Below are positions 40,380-52,377 of a stretch of 64,000 bases of DNA, in pieces. The DNA lies in assembly GCA_965112155.1 (NCBI GenBank), contig OZ218098.1; one strand, written 5' to 3'. The notes beneath the pieces are model-generated. The model saw only the letters and a program-made list of their open reading frames with translations, made no database searches and had not been told where the DNA came from. Each line of letters starts with the position of its first letter. Positions within the stretch are counted from its first letter, which is position 1. A program made the position numbers and the translations under genes. This DNA comes from Podarcis liolepis (taxonomy: Eukaryota).

Positions 40380-43300
40380 ACATCAAAAGAGCAGTTCCAG
40401 TTCCAATTCAAATGGCCTGGTCATGGCCACCTTTGATGCTACAGAAATAACGTGGACGGCACATGAAGGAGTTCCTAGTCACAGGGGTACCAATGCCTGC
40501 CACAAAGGAGGGCCCATTTAGAGTACTCAGGGTGGAATATATAGGAGAAGTAACATTTCCTGCTAGTGTCTGACAGTGCTCTTTACATTTCATGCATTAC
40601 AGGGGGGAAATCTAAACTTTGTATGCTCTCCTCAATTTCCCCCCACTAATCATGCTTTATGGAAGTTAAGTGCACTGATTCCAATTTGCAAAAGCTAGTG
40701 CACCCTCTGATAACAGGATGTAGATGCTCTAGTGCCTCAGTCAAAAGTCTCATGTATGCAGCAAAGCAAACACTGTACACAGCTTCCTCTGCGTGGCACA
40801 GCCCTTTCCATGTACAGAACTATTCCCTTCACCACAGTGAATGTGGCAGCCCTTGTAGAAGAGGGAGCACCATGTGGGTACCCCATATATACCCTCACCA
40901 GATGAGGTTGCTTCTCTGTAGCAGTTCTGAAATTCAGGCAATCAGCCATGTCAAAGGAACTGTTATGACAGACACTTTTTGACAGATTTGCAAGTTGTTG
41001 TTTTTTTAAAGCACACACACCAATTCCCAGGGTGAGTATGGTGTGTGTTCAATACAAGGGTGTACTTTTGACCCAGTACCTATTCTGTACCCACTTGGGA
41101 TATTTCTAATGTCAGATATTATAGCGCACAATCATTGACCACGGGTGCAAGCCAACCTACTATTAATTATACTATCCCTTTACAATAAAAATAAAATAGA
41201 TCCTCAGCTCATCCATATACTTATCTCCTTTGTCAGATAGCAGGTAGAGCTGTTCCCTTGCTCCTCAACACAGCTGGGAATCTCTGCATGTCTTGAATGA
41301 AGCAAGAGATCCTATCAGCCATCCATGGATGAGCCAGGCTAGCACATATGTTCAGAAGCAGAATGCCATTTATGGGTGGGAGCCCTGATTCTTCTCTTTT
41401 GTCAGAGACTTAGACTTGAAGGCGGAGTCTGGATGGAGCCCAGAGGGGATGAGTGAATCATGCAAGAAATTAAGCACAACTGGCATATGTTACTTGTGGA
41501 TAGATTCCTGCTACTTAAAAATTCAAATTGTAGCAACAAAGTTATGCTGTGCACTGCTCTGCCAGTAGGCCAGTTCTATCAGGACAATGCTGGGGAACCA
41601 TTGGCCCTCCAGATGTTGTTGGACTCCAACCCCCACCAGCATGGTCAATGGTCAGAGATAATGGGAGTTGTAGTCCAACAACACCTGGAAGGCCAAAGGT
41701 TCCTCATCCCTGTAACAAGACACCCAGCAGCAAAAGGTGTGTCATATATATTTTTCAAAATTTTCAAACAGGAGGAAGAGTTAGATTAAGATTCAGCTGG
41801 ATTTTTGTGGGTGAACATTATTATGTGAAAAAAGGTGTGTTAGGGAAACTGAAATGTTCTCTGAAAGGTGCCCACAAACGCTTCCCCTTTTTTGTCTTTG
41901 CACATTATGCTAAACCATGGCTTATTAAACTATATTTTATTAAACCATTACTTAGTGGTATGTACAAACCTTGCTGAGTGTGTTATCGTTGGTTTATGAA
42001 CCTTGTTTTATTATGGCTTGGTGCTACACGTGAACCCAGCATCTTACCTTAACTGCATTTTGGGGGGTTTTTGGCTACGCAAAGCCTCCATAGGGCAGTG
42101 GGGTGAAGGCACCCCACTGCCCTGCAGAGGCTTGAAAGGCTGTCCCCGAAGCCAGAACAGCAAGGCGGAGCGCTGCGCAGCCCTCCATCTCGCTGTTCTA
42201 GCTTGGGGATGGCTGCGCAAAGCCTCCACAGGGCAGTGGGGTGAAGGCACCCCGCTGCCCTACGGAGGCTTGAAAGGCTGTCCCCGAAGCCAGAACAGAG
42301 AGACAGAGCACTGCGCAGCGTCTTGCTGTTCTAGCTTGGGGATGCCGTGGCTTTATGGGGAAACCCCGGTCTTCCCCCTTCAGCCCCGACACTGATTTGA
42401 TTCAGAATATTTTTTACTTGTTTTCCTCCTCTAAAAACTAGGTGCGTCCTTTGCTTGGGTGCATCCTATAGAGCGAAAAATACGGCAAATCAGTATAACA
42501 CCACTTTAAATAGTCATAGTTTCATCCTAATAATCCTGGGAATCCCAGTTATTAAGGGTGCTGAGAGTTGTTAGAAGTCCTTGCTATTCTGCTCACAATT
42601 TCCAGGATGGCTTAACAATCAATTCCTCATCCCTGGGAACTCTAGAAAGGTAGGGGCTAGCTGAAGTCAGACTGAGATAGGTGGGGCAATGCCCCATTTG
42701 CCCTAATGAACCTGACTCTGCTGCACGTGGTCATGTAGGGAGATATACAAAGGACCCAGTCTGACACAGCTACTTAGATAAGCAACACTCAGTCCCATCA
42801 ATTTAGTGCTTTTGTTTAAACAGCTATCAGCACTGTGAGGTGAAGAGAGACAACAAGAGTAAAGAAAATTAGGGTAGATGTGCCCTATGGTCTGCATATT
42901 AGAATCCCAAATCCCACAACTGGTTACTGTCTGCTTCCCATTTCTGTTAATACGAGCCTTCTAAATTGTTTCTGATCCCTGTTGATTCTCAGTCCTATTA
43001 AATAACCACTGAGCATTGAATACTCACCAACCACAACCGGCAGCACCTTCATAGCTTTCCTCTCTCTGCCATTGATCTTTGCCTGCTTCCTTTTGAGTCC
43101 TTTATGTGGTGGGTATCTGAGGTGTGGGTAGGACACAGTCTGAATCCCATTGGTCACGTAGTCCCTGGGAAAAGAGCACTCGGAGCAGGTATATCGGTTG
43201 CGCTCCTCCAACTTGACCTCAGCCTGGTTCCTCTCAATGACGGGTGGCGGACAATACAGTGGCCTGTTGCCCAAGTAGATGCTGCTCTTCAGTTTGGCCT

Positions 43301-45571
43301 TCCGGGCTTCCTCCCAACGCCTAAGTCCCTGGAACATGGCACAGTACAGGACCAGCATGACAGGGCAAGGAATGAAGAAGGAGCAAATAGAAGAGTACAC
43401 AATGTAGTTGTTATCCTCCAGCTGACACAATGTAGGGTCCCGGTCTGGAACATTGTTGAGGCCAAAGATGACCGGGGAGGCCACAGCAAAAGCAAAGATC
43501 CATGTGGTGGAGATGAGGACCAGCTGCCTCAGGTCAATTTGCCGCCGGTTGTAGTTCAGTGGGATGGAGACAGCAATGAACCTGGAATGACAAAGAAGAA
43601 GGTGAAGCTGGGAGTAGTTTTGTGGAAGTGAATGGCCTAGAGCATCTCAATCTCTACCATCAGGTGGCCAACACAGTTGTTGCTGCTGACTCCAACTCCC
43701 ATCACTTCTGACTGTTGGGAATGTTGGTGGGAGATCCAGCAGTGTATGGGGGCACCAAGTTGGCTACCCAAGCTCTAGGAATCCAGCCAGGATCTTTGAA
43801 TGCACACACTGTCAGAGGTAAACAGCTTTTGCCTCATTAACCTGTTCTTATATCCTTGACTTTGTTTCTCCTGCTCCCATCAATCTATTCCCTGAAATTT
43901 GTTTTCTCCCTTGCTGCCCTTATGCTGGGAAGTGTTTCCTAGAACATCTTACTTCCTTCAAAACCCACCTTTTCTTTGAAGTCTTTGTCTGTACCCACTA
44001 GTCTCCATTGCCTGTTGTAGCTTGCCCCAACCTGGTGCCTTCCCGATGTTGTTGAACATTCAACCCCAGTCAGCACAGTCCAAGCTTATGATCACCTAGA
44101 GAAGCCCCTTTCAGATGTTATCCCTCCACACACTGAAAGAACAGATGGAGAGGAAAGAAGGTCCATGGGCACCAGGCCTATGCCACAACCTCCTTGCCAG
44201 CACCACAGTAGTCTGTCACTTATTGAGTGGGAGATCTGATGGGGGACTCTATGTGTGTTTGGCTGATTGTTTCTCAGGTTTCCTTATGTGATCAGGAGCC
44301 AGCCGCCTTGAATGGATCAAAGCTTCATGTTGGACTGTTGAAAGTGATTAAAAAACAAGCAAACCAGCATGTGCTGGACCAATTTATAATATATGTCAAG
44401 GAATCAATGCAGAGTAATTTGCTAAAACTATTTTCAAGTGGATTGTCAAACAAAACAGTAAATTAACACTGGGAAATCTGTATCAATCAATGACCTAAAA
44501 TGACTTCTGAACAGGGCATATTTGCTAATGGAATAGTTGTATACTAGTTCAACAAAATTATAGCTTTTCAGTCTTTAGACAGGAGTTCTGTGGTCCAGAG
44601 GTAATACGGACAGATGCAGGCTCAGCACAAGCTTGGTTGACAGCCAGCAGTCCAGGGAACAGTTCTACTGAACAAAGGCTTTTGCTTTCACAGGACTCAA
44701 ATTCCTTCTTTCCATTTGTGAAATCTGTGGAAGAGACATAATTGGTGCAATTGGTGCAATTGTATCAGACCAGCCAGCTCAACAGCCAGCACAACTGACA
44801 CCAGCACCAACCGTACGGGATCAAGCTTCAGCACCAAGATCTCAACCAGCTCAGAGAGGGGACCCTATTCCCTACTGGATAGATCACTGGTTTAACTAGT
44901 GGACTGGGACCCATTGCCGGGACATGGCATAATCTAAGATTGGCTGCAGCAATAGCAACACCATCATACAAATACATGGGTAAAAAGAAAAAGAAATGCG
45001 TCCCCAAATACATGTTTGGGTTAAATGTGAGTCCTGGATCTGAAAAGGCTGAAGACTACTGGGGTAGACAGACCAGGATATATCAAGTTCAAAATATACA
45101 GTGCCAGAACTCAGGATTGTCTTGATCAATCTAAGGATTTGAAAATGCTCCAAAATATATCAGACCTCCACTCTTGAAGCTACCTCATCAGTTGTACCCT
45201 GGGGACAAGGTTTTTAATCTGAAAGTGATGGTATGTATCCAAACTGTATTATTATAGGATGGCAAGTTATTCCAAACGCCTTCTGAGGCCCCTACTGCAG
45301 TTCATGTGTTGTTGTTTATGAATGAAACTCAAATCCAGCTGGAAGCTGTTCAAGTGTTGAGATGTGAACACATGAATGTGTGGATAGTGGTGGACAGGAA
45401 AATAACGAAGCTGGGGAAATCCCAAAAGCTGAAATCCAAGGCAGGCAAAGGAGCTTACCGATCAACGCTGATTGCACAGAGGTTGAAAATGGAAGCTGTG
45501 CACAGCATCACATCCATGGTCATCAAGGCATCGCACAGGACTGTGCTCAAGGACCACACACCTCCTTGAAA
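37090..45571 (-). CDS. DRD4: Dopamine receptor D4, spliced CDS, 5'-partial: complement(join(37090-37292,43028-43581,45459-45571))
   Basis: Class A GPCR motifs: TM3 [22 protein letters not shown]5 [29 protein letters not shown]6 CWTPFF, TM7 [15 protein letters not shown]-terminal Cys. Exon sizes 113 and 203 bp and intron phases as in DRD4; adjacent to DEAF1. Confidence 0.97.
38515..38558 (+). repeat. (AC)n microsatellite in DRD4 intron 3
   Basis: Direct reading. Confidence 0.95.
38699..38827 (-). mobile_element. Penelope-like element terminal (pLTR) fragment
   Basis: ggtagccgtgttggtctg...cagtagcaccttaaagaccaac...tgagctttcg...ttcttcagatac is typical of sauropsid PLE termini and carries the hammerhead motif. 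Confidence 0.7.
38788..38825 (-). ncRNA. Minimal type I hammerhead ribozyme of a Penelope-like element
   Basis: Minus strand reads GTAT-CTGAAGA-A-GTGTG-CATG-CACAC-GAAA-GC-TC-ATAC: CUGANGA and GAAA cores, stem II, palindromic minimal stem III (AGCU), CUC triplet, stem I GUAU/AUAC. Confidence 0.8.
39808..39954 (+). mobile_element. Squam3-like SINE interrupted by an L2 insertion
   Basis: AGCTCAGTGGTAGAGCACATGTATTGCATGCAAAAGGTTTCGGGTTCAATTCC...CTGCCAGTCAGATGGACC, same family as 35052. Confidence 0.7.
39955..40378 (+). mobile_element. L2 LINE 3' end (ORF2 C-terminus, 3' UTR, (ATT)n tail)
   Basis: [19 protein letters not shown]...LRS...[15 protein letters not shown]...[10 protein letters not shown] is the L2 C-terminal signature; tail ggcggggtataaataataa(att)n. 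Confidence 0.9.
42040..42485. mobile_element. One-ended element of the same TIR family with a 138-bp tandem duplication
   Basis: Right end gtgcatcctatagagcgaaaaatacgg matches the TIR of 59420-59936; no left TIR found. Confidence 0.75.
43028..43581 (-). CDS. DRD4: DRD4 exon 3 (554 bp): TM4, ECL2, TM5, third intracellular loop, start of TM6
   Basis: Minus-strand tcattccAG acceptor and G|gtgagt donor; [14 protein letters not shown]...[10 protein letters not shown]; ORF 42924..43484. Confidence 0.96.
44740..45310 (+). mobile_element. Degenerate endogenous retrovirus internal fragment (integrase C-terminus) in DRD4 intron 2
   Basis: [10 protein letters not shown] (about 45183-45212) and PTAVHV (about 45291-45308) resemble the class I ERV integrase tail; upstream Q/P-rich segment. 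Confidence 0.4.
45459..45571 (-). CDS. DRD4: DRD4 exon 2 (113 bp): [38 protein letters not shown]
   Basis: Minus-strand ctctctgtcttcAG acceptor and CG|gtaagc donor; ORF 45455..45652. Confidence 0.96.
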
Positions 45572-48500
45572 CTGAAGACAGAGAGAGAGCATCAGCTGAG
45601 AGGGAGTTCTCACAGCACCAGCCATGACTAAGATGCCTCCCCATATCCTCAAGAGATTCTAAGCTTGCCTCTGCTACTTTTCTCCAAGAAAGTCCTCCTC
45701 AGTGGTTGACTAGAGGTCGCCAGAGTGCAACCAGGGGATCTGAGGTGCAGCTTTAACACTACCAATAAAGTGAGAGGTGAAAGTAGCTTCTCCTGCACGT
45801 TCCTTGCTCAATCCTTTCATTTGGCATCCCATGCCCGCTGTCCATCATACCCGCAAGTCCTACTTCATGCAAGGGAAGGGGTGGGTGAAAGGAATGAGAG
45901 GAAAACAAAGGGGAAGGAACTCTTCCAAAGAGTAGCCATGGCTGTAGTACTGCTTCTCATTTGACCAGTAGCTTTAAAGATGTAAAGCAAATCTCTAGGT
46001 AGCAACCTTCTTAGCTCCGGACAGGTGCCATTCCAGCAAAATGCAACCTTGCCTTGGGGTATATAAACCACTGCATATCACACTTGCTTTGCATCAGAAT
46101 GGGGGAGATTTGTCCCAACAGGGGTACAAGAGGCCATTGATACACTCAGGTGCAGAGAGAGTCTAATGCAATGGCTCTTTAGCTCCCTGCCCCCAACCCA
46201 AGATCAGCTGCAGTGGCACAATACTTCCTTTGTAACCAAGCAACCAACGGTGAGCCCCAAAGCATCACCTCTTCATAAGATAACAGCATCTCAGAACCTT
46301 CCTTTTTCACCTTAATGTGTATTAATAGATCTCAAACATGTCTGCAAAATCTGGGATTGTCCTAGAAAGAAAATAAGTCACAAAACCCTGCCCTAATGTC
46401 AGCTAATCCTTGCTCTGCCGTTACTATATATCTCTCTCCGCAATGACGTTAGTGAGGTGGATTATTCGCACCTTTTGGGCTACAGCTTCCTTATCCCTTA
46501 ACTTTCAAACTGACTTCAGGGTCAGGCTAGGAGAAGGTTAATGTTTTGCATAGCCTCATCAGCTTCCCACACATTTGCAGGTAACGTAAGAGACCTCCAG
46601 GTTTGCTACACGCACATAGCACAACTGCTTGTCTAGAACACACAGGTCTCTGTCAAATTAAAAGAATTAATGGAGCCAAGACAAAAGTGTGGTTTGGTTG
46701 ATATAGTTTTTACTTGTTCTGTAATGTAATTTTTTTTTTTAAATCATATTGTTAGATAAAAGTTTCGGTCTGTGTAGAAGAGCTTTAGGGAATGGAAAAT
46801 TTCCTCTTTGCTTCACCAGTAAACCAATTTTCTATGGCAGCCTTCCTCAACCTGGTTTGGACTGCATTTTCTTGGCCTGGGGCTGATGGGAATTGCAGTC
46901 CCAAACATCTGGAATGTGCCAGGTTGGGGAAGGCCCTTGTGTGGGAGGCAGTTGCTGTGCACATGTTAGGATTGGCGTTATGCTGCTCCCTTGCTTTCTG
47001 TCAGGACAAAAAAGGGAGGCAGTGCATCAAGGAGAGAATGGGCAAATATGTCAGTTTGGGGGGCGTTTCTCAGTTTCTAATTTTTAATTATTGTTATAAA
47101 TTATTATTAATGTATGTATTACTTGCACTTCACCCCAAGTCTGGTTCTCCACATTTCTACATCAGTTTGCAAAAAAGGAAAGAAAAAGTACTCATTCTAG
47201 AGACTCCTCACACTTCCAGAATATGTTCTTGCCAGGAGAACCTAAGTGAAAGAGGCTGCTTTGATGCTCACTCTTATTAGAAATTCAGAATTTCCAAAGC
47301 CAGCTTTGAAAGCGATTTCAAAAGTATTTTGAGCTTTTAAATTAATGCACTGGTAAATGTAAGGCGGTGTGCAGTTTGTGCTAGAAGAAATGACCAAAAA
47401 ATATGTCCCAAGGTAACCCAGCATGAAGCAGATTAGACTTTGCATGTGTCATATGCCCAGAACCACCTCATGAACTTTCCTTTGCTCAACTGAGGTTTCA
47501 GCTTAGTACTTCCCATGTCCAAATTCATCACTTTCTGGTGCTCATTATCAGTTGTAAACCATCAAAGCAATAAAATGATGCTTATAGCAAACTTTCTGCA
47601 CCCAAAAGGAGAAGCGAAATCCTGACAGCTCAATCGCAGAGATCTTTATATCCTTACCATTGCAGCCCTAGGCTTGGAAATCCTTGCAATAAAAACTGCT
47701 GGAACCTGGGCAGCGCTTAAAGGCAAAGTGTAGTGTGGGTCTAGAAGTGAAGCTGCAGACTGAGCCCAAAAATTTAGGGCATGTATAATTATGGAGCTTC
47801 AGTAGCAAAGCCCAATGCGGTTTGTTCATCTGTAGCATGAGTGGAGAACCTGTGGCCTTCCAGATTCTGTTGAACTCCCATCGCACCTGGTCATGGTCCA
47901 TGCAGCTGGGGTTGGAGGGACCATGAGCATCTGGAGAGTGAGTCACAGGTTCCCCACCACTGACTTATAGTGTACAGCCAACAAACAAGCAGCTGAAGAG
48001 AAAACTGCCTAAAGGAGGAAATCTGGTCTCGCTCCTTGCTTTTCTGGAAACCAGTCCAAGAGAATTAAGGACTAAAATGGGCAGGGGTGTGAAAAAATTA
48101 ATGTGCTTGAAGTATAAATCTTCATTCTCTCTTTTTAATCATTGCATTGTTTCTTTCTTCTCAGCAAATAACAGACTTACCCACATTCCAGCTTGCCTAT
48201 CATGAAATACCCACAGCTGCCAAATTCATTTATAGTCAACATTTTTAGAAAAGTACTTGGCAAAGACTGGACTCTTTTTTTGGGATTTGTAAAAGAGAAA
48301 TGGGATCTAATTTGACCCGCATCTGATAAAATAAACAACACAATAGGGTTACATTAAGTTCTATAATTGGTTCTCTTGATAGAGCTATTGTAGTTTTAAT
48401 CTCACCTTCACACTCCCTTCCTTCTTAAATTACATATTCTTTCCTACACTCTTAAAACTGTTAACAGGCCATTTGGTCAAGTCATTATCTGCCTTTCTCA

Positions 48501-48839
48501 TTCTACTTTAAAATCCTTATGCTATCCTCTTAAATGGGAAAGTAAAAATGGTATAGGCCTAGTTCTTCTCTGAGGTAATAAACCTGTGCCTAGCACTATT
48601 TCATTCAGACTGCAGTTGTGGGTTTCAGAAGACCAATTCCTCCACCACAGAAAACTATTTCTTCCAGATAGAAAACTAGATATTAGAGAGATGGGTTTTA
48701 GGCTTCTTCCTGGCATGTTCGTTTCCTGTGGTTTTTTTTTAATTATTTCAAAACATTTTTTATACATCAAAAGTCATGTACAACCTTATTAAGACTAACT
48801 TATTGTTCAACCATATCACAATAATTCTAGTAATAAATC

Positions 48840-49110
48840 CAAATCTTCGGTAGGCAGCAGCATGTTCAGTAAATATCAATTATCAGGAAACGCCAGGGTA
48901 AACAAATCAGTTTTTAACATGCACTTAAAACATACTAAGGACAGTGGGTGCTATATATCCATAACAAGGCTTTTCCATATGCTCGGCGCTACCACCAAAA
49001 AGACCCTTCTTCTGGTGGTCTGGAAACCAGGGGGTGGGGTACACCCAGAAGGGCTTTGTTTGCTAATCTCAATGTATGAACAGGTTTGTAAGGGAGAAGA
49101 TCTCAGATAT
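48840..49110 (-). mobile_element. Old L2 fragment
   Basis: Minus strand resembles the L2 C-terminus (F.V.AP..W.SL...FK..LKT.LF). Confidence 0.5.
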
Positions 49111-50260
49111 ATGAATGTGTTATGTGGGTTTACAAAACATGGTTACTAAGTAACTTATTTTGTGCTAACCGGCATTTGTGTGTGTGCCTATGAAATACAA
49201 AGCTCTGGCTATCACCAAGAATAAATAGTTTGAAATTGCTTTGGAAAGAGAAGAGAGCATAGGCTCACAAAGCTGTTTCCTGCTTTTTGAACCATGGCTA
49301 AACCGCCAAGCATTATCTCTGTCTTTGTGCACCTGCACAGAATTCTGACTCTGTGGCAGCTTCCCCACCACAGGGGCAAAGCAAAAGGACAAGACCATAC
49401 ATGTGTTGATCTGATTAACTAAATCTGGCCTGAAAGGGTTTGGATGCAGCTTGAATTAGCAGAGACTAGAAAACGAGTGAAGGAAGAGGCAAGCAAAGGT
49501 GACTTTGGAAACGCATGCTACTGTTCATCCAAAAACAACCAGACGATAAAGCCAGATGTTCATCGGCCAGGTGCCATAAATGGCAACTGCCAAAACAGGG
49601 AATTGCACACGCTGAGATAATCGGCTCTCATCTCCACAGGCTTAGCATCTGCTCCTCCCTCTAACCCTTCTCTATTAGGGGGGCAGCAGTGGCTGAACTG
49701 GACAGGCGATCAGTTCTGCTGCAGCTTTATTACCTCTGCCCCATTTTATTCTTAACCCAAAAACATTGCTAGGGGGAACAGCTGGTTCCTCACTGGCAGC
49801 AAGCAATTTGTTTCCCCTCATCTCTCTTTCTCCAGGTCTCCTACAAAGATGGCCAGGTGCAGACAAGTCTAAGGCTCCTTTTATAAATCAGTGATGGTGG
49901 TCCCTACTCTCCTTTGCGTTCAAGCAGTATAACCAGTGGTGTCAGTGGAGCAGGGCAGGGCAGGGCTGAAGTGCCACCCCTTATTTCACTCTGACAATCC
50001 AAAAGCAACACAGTGAGCTAATAATATACATACAATACTTTTATATCACTACTGAATTATGTCTTAATTTACAATCAGATAACGTACAATATATACATGG
50101 TGACACCAACTAATATAAGTTAAGAAAGTGTCCCAAAGTGAGGGGTTTTTAGGTTAGTATAACACCAAGAAGAATCACTCAGGCTTGAGGCAACATGCCT
50201 TCCAAGGTAAGTGTCTTATGCAGTGTTTTGCAGGGAGTGAGCTGAAGAACGTTGGTGCTC

Positions 50261-50511
50261 CAAACACAGCGACAGGACAGTCCGTCCAGGATAACTGACT
50301 GTTTCAACGTTCTTCCTCAGCAAGTAAAATGTCCAAAAGGGTACACAGGATACATATGGTTCAGGTAACTGATCTCTAATATTAGAGACTTCATTTTGTA
50401 CAGTGAGAATTTCTGCCTTCGATCTGTGTACCCTTTTGGACGTTTTACTTGCTGAGGAAGAACATTGAAACAGTCTGTTATCCGGGAAGGGCTGCCCTGT
50501 TGCTGTGTTTG
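50261..50511. repeat. 88-bp-arm inverted repeat (50261-50348 / 50424-50511), each arm with a CTGAGGA...GAAAC hammerhead-like core; probable Penelope-like inverted terminal structure
   Basis: Arms are near-perfect reverse complements by eye; the 75-bp spacer contains the palindrome tctctaatattagaga. Confidence 0.75.
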
Positions 50512-52377
50512 CAACACAGCGGATTGTTTTTTGTTATCCCTTATTTCACAGCAGGGAGGAGGATGTTATCTTCTGGGGTGCTATTTACCAGTTCCCTGTA
50601 TGCCAAATAAATAAACTTTTCTCAGAAACAAATCTGCCAAATAAACTTAAGCAGAGGAAGAGGTGGGTTGGTTGCATCAGCATTCATGGGTAATGGTGAA
50701 ACTACCACTTCAGTTTTGAAAAACTCCCAAGTCACTTTATTATGACCAACCAAAATGTCACTGTAATGTCCCTCTAGTGGTCAATCTTGGTGTAACACTG
50801 AGAGATGCATAACTGGACCGCTTGCATTTCTCTCCTAAAAGTAAAAGCAATGGCGGGTGGGGGTGGAATCAGATTAGAACAGCAGTATGCAGAGTTCATG
50901 GGTGGGGGAGGATGACTCCTTCCCGCCCACGGCATTCTCCTGCTTTTATTTTTATTTCCCATAAAATACCTTTATGCAATTGAACACTAAAAACATCAGC
51001 AATAAAAGCAATTACACCATTTCATATGTAACCAATATCGTAGCAATTAAAAAAGCAATTAGAGCACTTTTAAATATAAACACGGTTTCGACTCCAGTAC
51101 TGATACAGGCTGGGATAAAGCTCTCCACTTCAAAGACATGTTGGGAAAGGCAAAAGGTACTGCTGTGCCCAAATGCCTGATGGACCTCCTGGTGAGATGG
51201 TACCTGCTGGAGGCCCTCTTCTGCAGAGCATGCTGATTGGTTGTGGGTGTGCAGGTATCTGAATTGCCCCATTAAAGCTGTTTGCTGTATTGGGGAGGGG
51301 GCAGAGAAAAAGAGATGCAGTTATCTGTGTCTACCCATCCCCACACTGCAAATAGCATCTCTGGGGAAGCAATTGAGATACCAAAAAGAAAAAGTCCTAG
51401 GGGAAAGCCCTGGCCCAGTACTGCAGCCCCATCAGACCCCAGCAGCTTTTGTGGGGGGAGGGGGAATACTGGAGATGCAACCATGGACCTCCTGACTTCA
51501 GTTGGGCCCTGAGACTCAAGCAGAACTAAAAGCAAAAAACACTCAAGGTGAGAATACTGCATTCATTTCCAGTTGCCAGGCTATTGGGTTTCTACGGACA
51601 GGATGCAACTGCTGGAATGTTCAAAAAGACAGGCCAGTTTACACCCTGGGTAAATCATCATCACAGTTTACACCCCCATCATCATTATCAGCAGCGAAGG
51701 CCACTAAATACATAATGTGGGAAAGGCACAGGGGAAGAAAATATGCAGCGACATTACCAAGTTCAGATTCAAGAGATCGTGCCTTTGCTTCCGGGTGGCA
51801 AGAGAACGTATTTCATCTCCTCTCCTGCCTCTGTTCTCAAACAGTCTGGCCACAGTATCAGAGATCAATTGACTTTCCCTCCCACATGCAGCATGGTGCA
51901 ACTACAGCCCAAGAACCTTGTAGGTAAAAGGAACTGCTATCCGCGGGAGATGCTGCAGTTGCATTGTTCCTCTTTGTCCCAAAGTTCTTTAAAGCTGCAG
52001 GCAGGGTCTGTAGGTCTGGACCTGATAATCCTACAAGACAGCAAAAGAACGCCTTGGAGATGCTGAGTCAGTGATCCATTCAGAAGGTGGCAGAGAGCTA
52101 GTAGGAACTTTTCGAGCACAATCAGCTTACGAGTCCTCATGGCACTTCAGCACCCTGCTTTCAGATGCCACAGCAGTGCACCGATACACTGGCAGCATGT
52201 ACTCAGCTCTGCATTACAGTCACACCAGGAGTGTGCCTTAGATATATGCCCTGGAAGATATAGATAGAGGAAGCTTCCAGGTATTTAAAATGGGTACAAC
52301 GTATAATTTTGGCTTCAGGTGCTTCATTTTAGGATACCTGCCAGTGGCATGGTGTCACAAGGCTTGTTCATTTTAAA

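Noticed and set aside
42072-42342. CRISPR-like array of palindromic repeats
   Set aside because: Eukaryotic intron, only two units, no unique spacers, no cas genes, bounded by a transposon TIR.
43104-43631. 175-aa plus-strand ORF
   Set aside because: Antisense shadow of DRD4 exon 3.
46792-47280. 162-aa ORF
   Set aside because: Starts in a MITE copy, antisense in DRD4 intron 1, no domain similarity.
52030-52260. Duplicated unknown protein-coding exon
   Set aside because: Both copies have stops and frameshifts, and the downstream peptide matches the L1 ORF2 C-terminus.
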